A stretch of DNA of 60,134 nucleotides, filler included, from Porpidia crustulata (taxonomy: Eukaryota), in the NCBI GenBank assembly GCA_964255105.1. It is 11 parts of 11 records of this genome, joined end to end, with 100 filler letters (N's around TTAATTAATTAA, not from the genome) between each part and the next. Parts side by side here need not be neighbours in the genome. Positions count along the whole stretch, not along the records: positions 1 to 5,396 come from CAXUWE010001825.1; positions 5,497 to 10,887 come from CAXUWE010001826.1; positions 10,988 to 16,378 come from CAXUWE010001827.1; 8 more parts are not named here. The stretch is one strand, 5' to 3'. Each line of letters starts with the position of its first letter. Position 1 is the stretch's first letter. Position numbers and translations under genes: made by a program. The notes beneath the pieces are model-generated. The model saw only the letters and a list, made by a program, of their open reading frames with translations. It was not told the origin of the DNA and made no database searches. Below are positions 1-12,669 of this stretch, one piece after another.

Positions 1-703
1 ATCCAGACCCACAGACCCACCTCTCCCACCAAATCCCCCACCCCTAAAGAAATCAACCCAAACAGACCAAACTCGAACTAAAACCACCCCCCCGAAAATA
101 TCATCAACCGAAAACCGTATTAGGTATAGCGCTCGTAGGATGTAGGTTAGTGCCGCGGCGGACAATGGGGTGGGACGTGGAGTGGAGGTATGGATTATAG
201 CAGTAGAAGTCGAGGATCTGGAGAATCGGCGATTTAGGGGGAAAGGAGAGGGCATGATTCTCGTGAAAGGGGCTGGAAATTTTTGATGGACTGGGATTGT
301 GGACACGATGTGCCTAGATCGTGAACTTTAGCGGCGTAGCTTTGCGTCGTGAGTTGCAAGCCATCAACATATATGATTCTGGAGCGCAGTCGAGAGATCA
401 CTTGGAAGACTTGCGTTAACAAAGACCTCTGATTTAGATTCTATAGATGGCCCAATTTGGTTCTTGAATAAGACACAATCTTGTCAATTCGACGACGCGT
501 CCATCCAGTCCAAAGAATACCGGATCTTGGTCAAGAAAATGGCTCGAGCATTGCAACTATCGGGTATGCATCCTCGTCATAGTAGCAGGAGAAATATTAT
601 AAATCATCTCGCGCCCGTTCCATCGTCATCCCGAAGGGTTTGAGACAAGCTCGCCTTCGACTGGGGGTTACAAACCACAAACTCCGTTCATCATTTAATG
701 CGG

Positions 704-2700
704 TTAGACCATGCTCTGAGGCGACTTCGTGGTCAGGGCCGACTCCTTACTCTGGGGTGAATCCTTGCTATTAGGCGAGTCCTTGCTCTGAGGTGAAGTC
801 TTACTTAATGGTGAGTTTCTGCTCCTAGGTGATTCCTCCCTACGGGGTGAATTATTGCTCTCTAAGTCTTCCCTTGAACGAGAGCTAAACATAACAGTCG
901 GACTATTGACCGTGGAGCTCCCAGCGCTTGGTGCAGGGTCAGCTGTGCCCGTATGGATAACCGCACCGCCTACACCAAAGACGGTCCGGGGTGGCCCATC
1001 TCTATTTCTCTCATCGTTTTGCTGATCGGTACGTTTACCTACCATCCTTTGGCGGAGGATCTGGTGTTCTGTTTGTGGGCCTTCGACTTGGAATGAAGCT
1101 GGTTCACCTCTAGAATTTGAGCCAATTGCGGTAGAAAGGGTTCGTGGCAAGTGGTAGCCCAACTTTCCTATTGGGACGCTCAGACCATGTACGACCTGTA
1201 TCGGCGGGTCAGTCCATTTAACAACGTGCTTGGGAATAGGGTACTAACAATGCTGCAAATAGCCAAGAACCAAATCACCACTGTCATGATTTCGGACAGC
1301 CTCACAGCATCTGGACGAGTAACACCGTCTACCGTGACCTGTCTGAGGAATTCAAGGCTAACATAGAGATAAAATACTGCGCTGACGCCAATGGGCCCAA
1401 AGAATCCCACAAATAAAGCCTGCTGCTTTTCCTCAATCTGGTTGATGCGCCAATGCATAGCGTAGACAACCGGAACCCGACGGAATAGAAGGATTAAGAT
1501 GCCGAGGAAGATAAGTCTGTAAATTGGAATGACATTATTGTCACGGAACATGGCCCAAGGGCAGACACAGCCAAAGTACACAAAGATTGACAAGTTGAGC
1601 AACATGTCGATTGTCGGCTGCAGGGAGTCGTCGAGTGTCTCTAGACGGAACCAGTCGCTATGAAGTGAATTAGCACTTGCTTGTTTCACTCGAATGTCGG
1701 CGGATCATACTCAATAGTGAATGCATTACCGGCAATAAAACATGCTAATACATCATCGCTTCCTACCATCCCACAGGTTCCAGTGATAAACAGCTAAAGA
1801 GTACGGAATCAGTAAAGTTCCATTTGACATCTTTGACATTCCTCACCGCCAGTGTAATGGCAAACACGAGAAAGCTCTCTCGATCTACAAATTTCTTCTC
1901 CTCAGCCCAGTGAAGTAGCTCCTTGGCGATCCAACCCACAACAGCCCCGTATACCACACTCAAAATAATAGTGTAGCCCCAAATCTCCCCAAACCAGTAT
2001 CCCATGGCTAGTCTGGCTCCACCAGGCTGACCAGTACCGCCACTTTCAACGTACTTCAACAAATACAATGGGAGAAACAGAAAGGGATATCCCAATCCAT
2101 CATTAGCCCCAGATTCAGCGATGATGATCTTCTGGAGATCCTTCGGAATATTTTTGTCCGCAAATCTCCCCTTGACAATCGAGTTGGATAATACCGGGTC
2201 CGTAGGAGTTACGCACGCACCGATGGCCAATGAATGGACAAAGCTGAGGTTCGGAACCATGGCCCAAACAAGAAGACTGCTACACATCCACATCCCGGCC
2301 ATGCCTGGCCCAAGCAGTAACGCTAGGCTTTTCCATTCTCGTAGGAGATACTTGCTTGGGAGCTGCACGCCAGCGAGAACCAATTGCACGCCAAGGACAA
2401 GGCGTGTGAAATAGAGAGTGATGGAGTCAAGGTTTTCTTGCGATCCGCCGGCATATTCCAATGGCCTCAAGAAATTGGTGGCATGTGGCGAGAATATCAC
2501 ACCAGCTACCAGAGATATCACTGCACCAATCAGCAGCACTTCTAGGAACAGCTTTCATTTTGCAAGACTTGGAGACACATACAGGCTTCGGAGAGGTAAA
2601 ATCGCTCCTTGAAAAGATAAGAGACGAGGCCGAACAGGGTGATGAAACCTCCAAGAGTGGCACAAACGACATTGAAATTGGTGATGGCAAGGGTGGGCAT
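704..2700 (-). CDS. Na+(K+)/H+ antiporter, CPA1 / Nha1-Sod2 family (5 exons)
   Basis: ATG at 2700 (MPTLAITNFNVVCATLGG). Spliced ORFs give GACVTPTDPVLSNSIVKG, AESGANDGLGYPF, GSDDVLACF, FFGPIGV and SIVVHGLS, all Nha1-family motifs. Four GT..AG introns (first is 2582-2521). TAA at 704-706. Which paralog is uncertain. Confidence 0.93.
707..850 (-). repeat. Coding minisatellite, 8 x 18 nt (S-P-x-S-K-x hexapeptide), at the antiporter C-terminus
   Basis: SPRREE SPRSRN SPLSKT SPQSKD SPNSKD SPQSKE SALTTK SPQSMV, then stop. Confidence 0.85.
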
Positions 2701-3758
2701 CCTGTTCTAAGTTCAAGTGACGTCTGCTATAAAGTATTCTAGATGTCTAAGGGTGTAGTGGTGCAAGTATGTATGTGGTTTCTAGAGTCTTGTGTTGCTT
2801 GAGATGGCCATCCAATCGGCCAGAACCTAATGTTATTGAATCATTGGTGCTTGGAAAGGGTGAAGCAGTGGAAGATGGGGAGAGACCGCCAGAGTGTACA
2901 GATATTCAGAGAACATACAGCTTCACTTGAGAATGTATATGTTGGGGCTGTTGAACGAATGTTGACAAAGTTGAGAGAAGGAATGTTCGTCATCCTTATA
3001 GGGTATCGAAGTATGCACGTATGGTAAGGTATTCTTATTTTACCGCTACGAACGGCTTATCGGTTGGTGTCGGCATGTGATAACCAGCTGATTGTAAATT
3101 CGAGAGATATAGATGGTGCCCAAAGTCATTGAACCATTTCGCTATGGGCTCCCACTTTGATGGTCTAATGACTTTTGACACCCCCTGGTGATAATTTACC
3201 ATTGTGGTCACAAAGATAAGCGATTGACCAATTGATCACATCTATACTAAATAACCTGCCTGAAGGAGAGAGCAGAGCTTCTACTTGGCATGGAGGCCAT
3301 AATCAGCTACGTCGCAATATGTTAATTGCCCTATCACAATAGAATCATCCAACCATGAGTTAAGGGTGAGGATATTCAGCTTCTAGTAGTTTTACATCAA
3401 TGTTTCTTGTCCTACAACCTGCGAAAGAGGCATACCAGACCATCATGGTAAAGGAGCATACTGTATCTGAAGTACGCAGTAAAGTTCTCAGCCTAAAAAT
3501 GGTCCATGCATTAAGAAATCCTGTGCCTCCTCGAGCAATTCATATATGGCGATAATCCGACGTATGGGAATGTAAAGCCAAGTGCATGTTTATACCGCTG
3601 GCTTACATGAGATGGAGCTCGCCTCACAGAAGAGATCGAAGAAACATCATTCTAGAGGTGGGGAAGAGTCCTGTGACACTGCGAGCCAGATTCTCGCAGG
3701 GCAAACTGTGTCTCAATGATGAGACCTTGTATTCTGCTATCTGCAATATTTCGATTGA

Positions 3759-5066
3759 TCAAGTGAATGCCCCCTTTCGAGCGCCCTCGACTGCAAGTTT
3801 GTCTGCTTCAACGTTACCCGGCTGGTTGGAATGCCCTTTGATCCATTCAAAAAGAGTTTGCACTTTCAACGAGTTGCGCTCCTCGATCTTTGCAAGAATG
3901 TTTTCCACAAGGTCCTTGTTCTCCACCGTTTTACCTGCAGAAGTCTTCCACCCGTTCTTACGCCAGTTGATGTACCACGAAGTCACGCAATCGATGGCAT
4001 ACCTACTATCTGTAATGATGCTGACATCGCGATTCCTCGGCACGATATCGAGGGCTCTTTGTACTGCAGTGAGCTCCGCTCGCTGGTTGGTTTGTCGCGG
4101 CCCAGGCAAAGTCTCTGATACATTCCTGTCGTCCAAGAGTCAGCTAGCGTCTTAGGCTTTGAAAGATCTGGCACATGTAGTACCTTGAATCGCCCGGCCC
4201 AAAGTAAACGCCAACACCCGCAAATGCTCCCGCCTTTCCATTGCCAAGAGAGCTCCCATCAGTATGAATTCGGAGTATGCCAGTTTGTGCATTGCCAACC
4301 ATTTGTGGTTTAGTAGCCTGCCGTTGCTCTCGTGTTTTATAGACAATTTGCCCCGTTTCCAGATCGAGAGTAAGATTAGGGTCAAACCCATCCTCGATAC
4401 CTGGCGGAAAGGGTCCAGTGCCCGGTTCGTAGTCTGTTTCGTTGTACTCGACCTCTACCGGTTTCCCCCCTTTCTTCGCTTTCTTAGATGCGGGCGGCTT
4501 TGGTGTGGTCGGAAACGGAGGTTCCGAAGCATGGTAGATCACTGAAATATCAAGCTCTGTCTCCGGTGCCGAGGTAGACTCAAACATTTTCTGGTCGTTC
4601 CCATCCAGAAATCTTTGGGCTTCTACACGCGTGGTAAAGCACTTGTGCTTCGGTTTCGTCCACCCGGTAATTTGATCTTGAGCGGAGGGCCAATCGGTGT
4701 ATATCCCAGGAATCCTCCCATTTTTGACAGCGTAAAACTTGGACGAGGGCGATGAGCTGGTGGCGCCACCTTGCGGCGGATTCTCTCCAGCTAGGAATCG
4801 TTCGGCATCGGTCAAGGTTGAGAAGGACTTGACTAGACATATAGTGTCAGTGAAACTAAATAGATCTGAGTTCTTTACAGCTTACAGGTAGCTTTCTTAA
4901 AGCCCTTGACTTGCTCCAAGCAATCCGCCCAAGTATGATAGATTCCAGGGTGATTCCCGACTCTTACGGCATAGAATTTGGGCTCAGTAGATCTCTTCCT
5001 CTTAGTACCCGCAGAAGCTGTGGTTCCGGCCAGCGATGCCGATTTCATTGACATTGTATCGTCCAT
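3759..5066 (-). CDS. RNH1: Ribonuclease H1 (3 exons; two hybrid-binding domains plus catalytic domain)
   Basis: Two N-terminal repeats (FYAVRVGNHPGIYHTW and FYAVKNGRIPGIYTDW). Catalytic motifs IHTDGSSLGNG, QTNQRAEL, TDSRY and KGHSNQPGNVEADKLA. Introns 4885-4833 and 4183-4126 restore the frame. Confidence 0.95.
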
Positions 5067-5396
5067 GATGTTGTGAGTGTTGTACGGAGCGGATTTCTTC
5101 GGCCCAAGTTGAGCTTTTGGTAAATAATCCAGGCGATCGATAAACTTGGCGAACAATGAGGTAGTCACTTTCTTTACGATTTGACCAGGCGAGTCTATTC
5201 CGAGATGGGTCGCTCCTAGTTTTGTCGTAGAAAAAGCATTGAGGAGAGAAACGTAAAATCTTGGGGACTCAGCAAGAATTCATCTGCGGTATAACCATCG
5301 GAAGATAGGTTGGTAAATCATGGGAACGAGAGTGATGATGTGGGTTCGCAGGTCTCCATTCCAACCCACACATCTTTGTGGTGTAAGGGGGGCCTC

Positions 5397-5496
5397 NNNN
5401 NNNNNNNNNNNNNNNNNNNNNNNNNNNNNNNNNNNNNNNNTTAATTAATTAANNNNNNNNNNNNNNNNNNNNNNNNNNNNNNNNNNNNNNNNNNNN
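5397..5496. other. Artificial contig linker N44-TTAATTAATTAA-N44. Also at 10888-10987, 16379-16478, 21866-21965, 27351-27450, 32831-32930, 38305-38404, 43777-43876, 49241-49340 and 54688-54787
   Basis: Ten identical 100-bp spacers with stops in all six frames. Segment lengths are 5396, 5391, 5391, 5387, 5385, 5380, 5374, 5372, 5364, 5347 and 5347, i.e. size-sorted. Genes are cut off at the edges. Confidence 0.98.
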
Positions 5497-7571
5497 AGAT
5501 GGAGGATGATTTTGTTGGTAGTCTTTCTACCCCTCTTGCCAACACTCTGTGTGAGTGGCTTGAGACCCTTCCGAGAAACTTCAAAGGAGTACGAGCCTTG
5601 CTAAAAGCTCGAGAATCGTGCGTGCTGGAATTGTTCACCTTTTTGGGCGCTGTATCTTTTAAATCTCTCGATCTGGAACGGAATTATTGAAAGGTGGAAT
5701 ATTAGAGGATTGAGATATGGAAAACATGAAATTAGAAGAAGGGTTGCACAGCAGCTTGGATGGCCTGTCTTGAGACTCAGGGTCTTTCGGATGGTTTCGA
5801 AGGGAACAGATATTTTGAAGCTGATGCTATTGGTAAAGTTTGTTGGATCGTACTTTTCCTGATCGGCAGGGTCTTTCATGGGTGGTCCACGCAAGTAAAG
5901 ACATGAAAGCTAAAGGTATTTGCAGAGCGTCTGCAGAAGTTCCACCTCAACACATATAATGCACTATCAGCCTAGTGAACTATCAAGCCAAACAATCTTA
6001 AGTAGAACGTTCTAGCAGAAGACCTTGGAGAATATTTGCCGTCTCGTTCGATCCAAAGGAAAATCTACACTCAACGACTTAAATATCTCTACCTTCAAGT
6101 TAGGAATGACTTACTTTTACGGCCCCACCTCACGAAAGTGGCTGAGCGTCGTTTCCGCGTGTGCCAGTCCACCGGATTCGCGCATGCTCCTGACCAGGCA
6201 TTTTGGGATTCTTAAATTCAAGTATTCCAGAGTGATATATCACATGAACGAGGTTCAGAGGTAGGTGAGATATTTGTCTTGATCTTTAATTCTCTTCGAT
6301 TAGTTAGGTGTATTTGCATCATAGTATGGAGATCCCTGAACGAATTTATTGCAGACAATTTACGGCGATCCGAGGAAGATGACCTTGACACCAGGCCTGC
6401 AAATCCCCCACTTCTCTGGTGATAGTAGGTACTTAATATTGTGTGTAGCATGTTAATGCAACAGTCTTGCTCCAGACTTGACTCTCCACCCTTATTAGTC
6501 AATCAAATGAAAAGCGGTGTAACCTCACGCTCCGGGGGCTAGTTGCTAGTGAAGAAGCATAATCTTTATAACGCACCTTCTACGTGGGATGGCATTCGAT
6601 ACTTTGACGACCAATAGAGATTGTGGTTGGGAACCCTTGCTGCATGGAGTAAAAGAGACATAAGGAGTAGAGAAATGGTCAATGGATCGAGGCGAGGGAA
6701 ATGCCAAAGAAGCAAGAGATCAGAAATAACAATATCTTGAGATCAAGGAAGGTATTTTCACACTCGAACGCTAGGAATTATTCTGCTAGTACAGGGCTTG
6801 TAGCGTGGGCTCTGCGAACCGAGACTTAAGCATGTGGGTACGTGCAGTGGTCTTGCTTTAGCAACCAACGGTGAGATGGTCTGGCCGTACAAGGAGTGAA
6901 CTCTATTCAAAGGCAGATTGCTTTGGCCAGTAGTGTCTAGTTGGTAGGGAGTAAACAAGATTGTTCTCGCATGGACAGATTTGCCTGCTTTGGAGTACGG
7001 CAGATCTCGACCCACACCTCGATCTTTGAATGATAAGGGAGATAATTTAGGAGACCAGTGTAAGAAGAGAGATATCACATGCTACTTTTTCGCCCACACT
7101 CTTGATCAGGGAAGATGAGAAGAAGCGTTCGAGGGTCCTGTTGATGCAGGTCTGGCAGTGGTCAATTGCATCTGTTTATGGAAAAGAAAAGAGGCATGCA
7201 GGAGTTGCAGGAGACCAGGAGGGGTGGAGGAGAAGGACGTTGGAGGGTTGGAGGGGTCGGCATGTCGGACTGTTGGGATGTCGGTGACTGCGGGGTCTAG
7301 CGGGGTGATAAGGAAATGGCGCTAGGAATAATTTTAATCTTTTGCTGGAACTCAATCTTCTGACTTCACCCACTTTTCTTCCACTCAATTTAATTTCCCA
7401 CCCGACCCTGTCTGTCCATATTCCATTGCTACAACTGCATACACCTCCAATTTCTTTTTGTGCCTTCTTATTCGTGCTCTTCAAGTGTGTGATAAAACAC
7501 AACTGCTAAGCTCATTTCTTCAAAGAAGGAGCCAGTTGTGGACAGTGAGATTCCTCATAGAACTTGCAGAG

Positions 7572-9470
7572 ATGGTATTAACACATCAGCCAAGAACTCC
7601 TCGTAAAACTGAGAGCTTTCCAACGCTTCAACTCTTCATCCTAGGTAAGTCACCGCCCTCGACAATGTATACGAGGATCTGAAGCTAATCGAAGTATAAG
7701 CAATATGTCGAGTTGCAGAACCTATCGCCTTGGCCTCATGGTAAGCAAGGACTAGTCCTTTTGTTCGTAGCTCGCTGACATCCAACAGCTTCCCTTACGC
7801 ATGGGTCATGGTCAAAGATTTCGGCGTCGGTGATAGCGACAGCGCTTCCTTCTATGCCGGTGTCTTTATTTCCACCTTTGCTCTTGCCGAAAGCCTCACT
7901 GGCCTGTTCTGGGGATCCTTCTCCGATCGGATTGGTCGAAAGCCAGTACTTCTTATAGGCTGTGCCGGTACCATGGTGTCGATGCTCTTTGTGGGGTTTG
8001 CAACAAATTTCTGGGTGGCCTTGGCGGGTAGGGCCCTTGGCGGATTACTCAGTCAGTATAATACACGGTCACGGGCTCTGGGTATAGCTAATTGAAGCAA
8101 AGACGGAAACATCGGAGTCATCCAGACTATGGTTGGAGAATTAGTGAAAAAACCCGAACACGAACGTAAGGTAACCTCCTTGTTTCATTTAACACCTGGG
8201 GTTGACGGTAGCAGCTCGAGCGTACGCGGTGATGCCGTTTGTATGGAGCATAGGTACTATCATCGGCCCAGCCATCGGTGGTACTATGGCGAAACCGACG
8301 CAATCAATGCCCAGCGTATTTTCCCCGGACGGAATCTTTGCTACTTTTCCCTATCTTCTCCCGAACCTCATTTGTGCCACCCTACTTCTAATCAGCATAC
8401 TAGCCGGCTATTTTCTCCTGACGGAGACCCATCCGGATATGCAGCCATGGAGCACACCAGCCGAGCTAGAGAACACCAACGCCGAAACACCACTAATGCT
8501 GACGTCTGGTGCCATGGCAGACGCTGGGGTTGATTTACGGGCAGAAAGCTACGGTACATTCAACAATGTCGATATTGACGAGGAAAAGCAATGGACAGTA
8601 AACGCCGACGGATCCTCTAGGCCACCTTCACTATCGCTGGACGCTGAGACCAAGGTCTTTAACAAAAAGGTGGTCATGATTGTTGTGGCTTTGGGGATCT
8701 TCACGTACCATTCCATGACCTATGACCATCTTCTGCCTATTTTCCTACAGGATGAACGTATCAACAGTACCCCAAACACGGCGATATCTGCGCTGGATAT
8801 TCCAGGAGGTCTAGGGCTGACAACGCAAACTGTAGGAATCATCATGTCTGCTAACGGCTTGATTGCACTTCTCATCCAGGCCGTTGTCTTCCCCCTTTTC
8901 GTGAGTTGGGTTGGGCTTTGGAAAGTCTTTGTGATGGTCACGCTTCTCCATCCCGTCGAATATTTCATTGTTCCTTTCCTTGCGTTGCTACCTGAGGATT
9001 CCCTTTACTCAGGAATTTGGGCATGCTTGACCTTTCGGAACTTCACTGCTATCCTCGCCTATCCGGTGCTCCTGATTCTCTTGAAAGAGGCCAGCCCAAA
9101 GCCGGCGGTCCTAGGGAAAATTAATGGTCTTGCTGCTTCGGCGGGTGCCGCATGCCGGACGATTGCCCCTCCCGTAGCTGGCTATCTGTACGGCGTTGGA
9201 GCTCATCTGGGGTTCACCGGTCTAGCATGGTGGGGCTCGGGGTTTGTCGCGATTGTTGGAGCGATCCAGATGTTCTGGATAGACAGATCCAAGAGCAAGA
9301 CGGCTAATGTAACATCATCCATTACTCCTTGTCTTGCACCCGTGCCCTCTGATTTAAGAAGGAGCGACGTTGTTCGCATCATGGTCGCAGACATGGACGA
9401 CACCGCTACTGATCATGTTGCTGAACCTGTAAGGGGCCGCCAGACGGAAGCAATGCACCATGAGGTCTAA
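7572..9470 (+). CDS. MFS transporter (DHA1/ZIFL/YCR023C-like), multi-exon
   Basis: ATG at 7572 (MVLTHQPRTP...FPTLQLFIL/ICRVAEPIAL). MFS motif A GSFSDRIGRKPVLL, GTIIGPAIGG, and many TM segments across ORFs 7808-8095 and 8202-9470, joined by short introns. Confidence 0.9.
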
Positions 9471-9742
9471 TCATTACACGATAACAAGATCAGCTCCGTA
9501 TGAATTACAATTGTCAAACGATTTGGTATTGTCGGTCATCGTTTTAGCGCTGGGGTTTGGGGTGTTTCTGAGGACATGATAATTACACGGTACGGCTTTA
9601 GGTGACAGATGAACTGGTGCTCGGCGTACATAGATGGTTTGTAGGGATACAGTACTTTATATCACGTTTGATTCAATCGAGTTTTGTACTTGAGATTACT
9701 TCCTCGATCATGAATTGACATGAATACCGAGTGATGAGCGGA

Positions 9743-9813
9743 CCTCGGGAGCCAGGACGATAGCAGTGACAGCTAGATCACGTGCTTAGGGCAAGATGTG
9801 TTGCCGAGGTCCA
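9743..9813. promoter_or_regulatory. Two CCTCGG (FarA/FarB-type) sites upstream of the TMEM135-like gene
   Basis: CCTCGG at 9743-9748 and CCGAGG at 9804-9809, about 85-150 bp upstream of the ATG at 9895. Confidence 0.45.
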
Positions 9814-9894
9814 TTTATCACATCGCGTGTCCCTGACTTCTATTTTCCTCGCAATGAACCTGTATTTAGCCTCATAACAACAGCCATCTCACCA

Positions 9895-10887
9895 ATGGCT
9901 TCCAATGACGACTCTTATCCGTCGCCACCGCCGAGTCCTCCCCGTGGTGGGGCTAAGGTTGATCCAATCCTCCGCAACGCGCTCCGTTACACCATCAGCG
10001 AGAAAGAGTACAAGACCCTGCATGAATATCTTATCACTCGTTCTCCCAATGCTGTTCGAAAGCGTGCACCCGAGCCTCCGAGATACAATGCAATTGTCCA
10101 GTCTAAGGATGACTACAACGCAGCCGCTATCAGGGCTTCCTTTCGACTTTTCGTTGCCAGTGAAGCGGGGTTGAAGATCTGGGATTTATTTAGTACCCGA
10201 ATACTTGGCAGAGGCAGACCTTTGAAGTAAAGCATCGCTCCTTTGTTGAAGCAAACACACCAGCTAAATTACAATTACAGAAGTAAGACTAAAACCTACT
10301 TCAAGTCGGCCAATTTCCGCCTTTCCCTTTCTCTCTCCCTCATCCTCCTTCTTCACCGGCTTCTTCATCGCTTCTTCTCTCGACTCCGTGTCAATCTCCT
10401 GACCAAGGATGCGGCCCCTTTTCGTCGGCGGAATCCACGGATATTCAAGTCATTGACGTCTCGTCTTGCTCCTGCTGTCGGCGCAAGCTTAGCAGGCTTC
10501 GCGCTTGGTGTCTACCCTGGCGACCAGCTCAGAATCACGATAGCCATTTATGCGGCGGTGAAAGCCGTAGAATTTGGATATGACGCACTCGAAAGCGATG
10601 GCTGGTTCAAAAACAAGCCATGGTGGTGGGGCAGCTGGACGTTGATGCCTCTTGCATCTGGACAGCTCTTACATGCCTTCGTCTTTGACAGAGACTGTTT
10701 CCCCAAGGTATACCTTTCCACCTGCATTAGCTCAATGTCTTCAAACTAAATCTTCTCTAGGCCTACGGTGACTTCATCCTCTCCAATACCCCGAACTACG
10801 TCCAACGCCGCCCCGACGTCTACCCCGCGGATCTCAACTGGCCCTCTACAAATACCATTGTCGACTCACTAGCCCACATGTCTCACC
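9895..10887 (+). CDS. TMEM135-like membrane protein, 3' truncated by contig end
   Basis: DPILRNALRYTIS, GASLAGFALGVYP and GQLLHAFVFDRDCFPK match the fungal TMEM135-type family as recalled. Introns at about 10227-10280 and 10708-10760. Confidence 0.7.
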
Positions 10888-11379
10888 NNNNNNNNNNNNN
10901 NNNNNNNNNNNNNNNNNNNNNNNNNNNNNNNTTAATTAATTAANNNNNNNNNNNNNNNNNNNNNNNNNNNNNNNNNNNNNNNNNNNNAGTAAGTGGGATT
11001 CACAGGATTTCTCCGAGAAAGATTGTGAAGGGGAAGCCGTGGCTGACCGGGCCAACAGTGATCGATGTGAATATCAACCCCACGAAACCCGAAACCAACG
11101 AATCGTGCGCCTGCTAAGGCTTTTTGCTCCGTTGGAACCGGAAAATGGGGAAACAGAGTGGTGCGCGTGGGAGCGGGTAACTGTACAGCGAGCGTGATAC
11201 CAGTTTCATTTAAGCCTTGTACATTTTACTGGGGACCAGCATGCCAGCACGGCGTTCCGGGGTCGATGGGGTTGGTCGCACGTTTGATCTTTGCGTGCAT
11301 TAGTGGCAGGTCGATGGACTACAATACAGCGGTGCGATATGGGTAGTTCAATGTTTATCTCGAGCCCAGTTGGTCCTGA

Positions 11380-11417
11380 TACCTGATCCATACCTGATCC
11401 ATACCTGATCCATACCT
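11380..11417 (+). repeat. 11-bp tandem repeat (TACCTGATCCA) x about 3.5
   Basis: Directly visible, downstream of the KEI1 stop. Confidence 0.85.
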
Positions 11418-11567
11418 ATCGACGCATAGGCCATGCGGGAACAACCACCTACGGTGGGGAAAATTCACCCATACCAGCCTTCCCAATCCCCCTCCTCAAC
11501 TCGAAGTCCTCCTTTGTGATGAAGCCGCTGCCTTGCCAGTTTCCCAAATCGATGCCAGCTTAATGGG

Positions 11568-12669
11568 CTACCGCCCATCTCCCGCCTGCTCCACCCTCAA
11601 ATACTGCCCCTGCCCTCCCGTCAACTGCGGCATCGGCGGCGGCGGCCCCGTCCCACTCCTTCTCCTCCTCTCCCTCTCAACAACCCCCGGCGGTCCCGCG
11701 TCAGCCTGTAACTCCTTCCTCCTAAACCTCGCCGCCACCTCCGCGTTCATCCACGTATCCTCGCCCTCATCGCTGCCGAGCCAGTACCCCTTGCCCACAC
11801 GCACCATGGCTCTGCCCAGGCGCCCTTGCCATCCCTTGCCCTCGGGCATGTGCTGCGCGAAAGGGTTTTCCAAATAAGCGGTCGATTTGCTGCCGGTGTG
11901 CAGTGCCGTGTTTGCTCTTGACGTGACGGCGATGTGTTGGCGCAGTACGAGGCGCGCGTAGCTGAGTACAACTAGGATGAAGTATACTCTGATAGCCCAC
12001 AACGCACAAATGACCACTGCGCTGCTCATGCTCTCCGGCTGCAGGAAGCCGTGGCCTAAGCTCGGTCCTGGCGCGGATGTCGTGAAGCCGGGCTTCCCGA
12101 TTGTCACGGCTTCGTTTCCGGTGACACCTTGATCTGGGGTGACTGCGACTTCTACATGACTGACATTGTATTGAGGCGATGTGAAGCCCGCTGTATCATC
12201 AATAGTTGTACCACCTGCGCCTGGGGCTTTCGTGCCTGATGCGTCGCTGTGGTGCTGACTAATGACTAGGAACCAAGTAATGGCGAAGGCGGCCGTGTAA
12301 GCCGCGTTGATGACGCTATCCAGGACGTAGAAACCCGCAAGCGCTAGACAGTGGAATGGCGACTGCGTCCGTATGTAGGGGGAGAGCACAGCGGTCAGGA
12401 GGAGTGCGAGGAGGCTGTAGATGTACATGGAGAGTTGCAGTGGGGAGAGGTGTAGGCCGGTTAGCAGAGCGAGGAGGCCGTAGAGGCCGGAGATCTTGTT
12501 TAGGAGGAGGGAAAGGGTTATGAGCTCTGTGCCTGTGCGAAGGGACATGAGGTAGAGGAATGTCTGGGGTAGTGGGGTTAGATGGGACGCCTGTTTGGGG
12601 GTCGAAGATGGGGATATGGGGAATTACCTGAGGCCGCGGGATGCGCAGCAAGCGAATTGAGAGGCCCAT
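11568..12669 (-). CDS. KEI1: Inositol phosphorylceramide synthase regulatory subunit Kei1 (DUF1753)
   Basis: ATG at 12669 (MGLSIRLLRIPRPQ), intron about 12627-12564, then TFLYLMSLRTGTELITLSLLLNKISGLYGLLALLTG and RVYFILVVLSYAR. Confidence 0.88.

Noticed and set aside
3759..5066. RNase H as part of a retrotransposon
   Set aside because: It has introns and two hybrid-binding domains, with no RT, integrase or LTRs. It is cellular RNase H1.
5441..5452. TTAATTAATTAA recurring every ~5.4 kb as a biological periodic element
   Set aside because: Always embedded in N44 runs. It is a synthetic linker.
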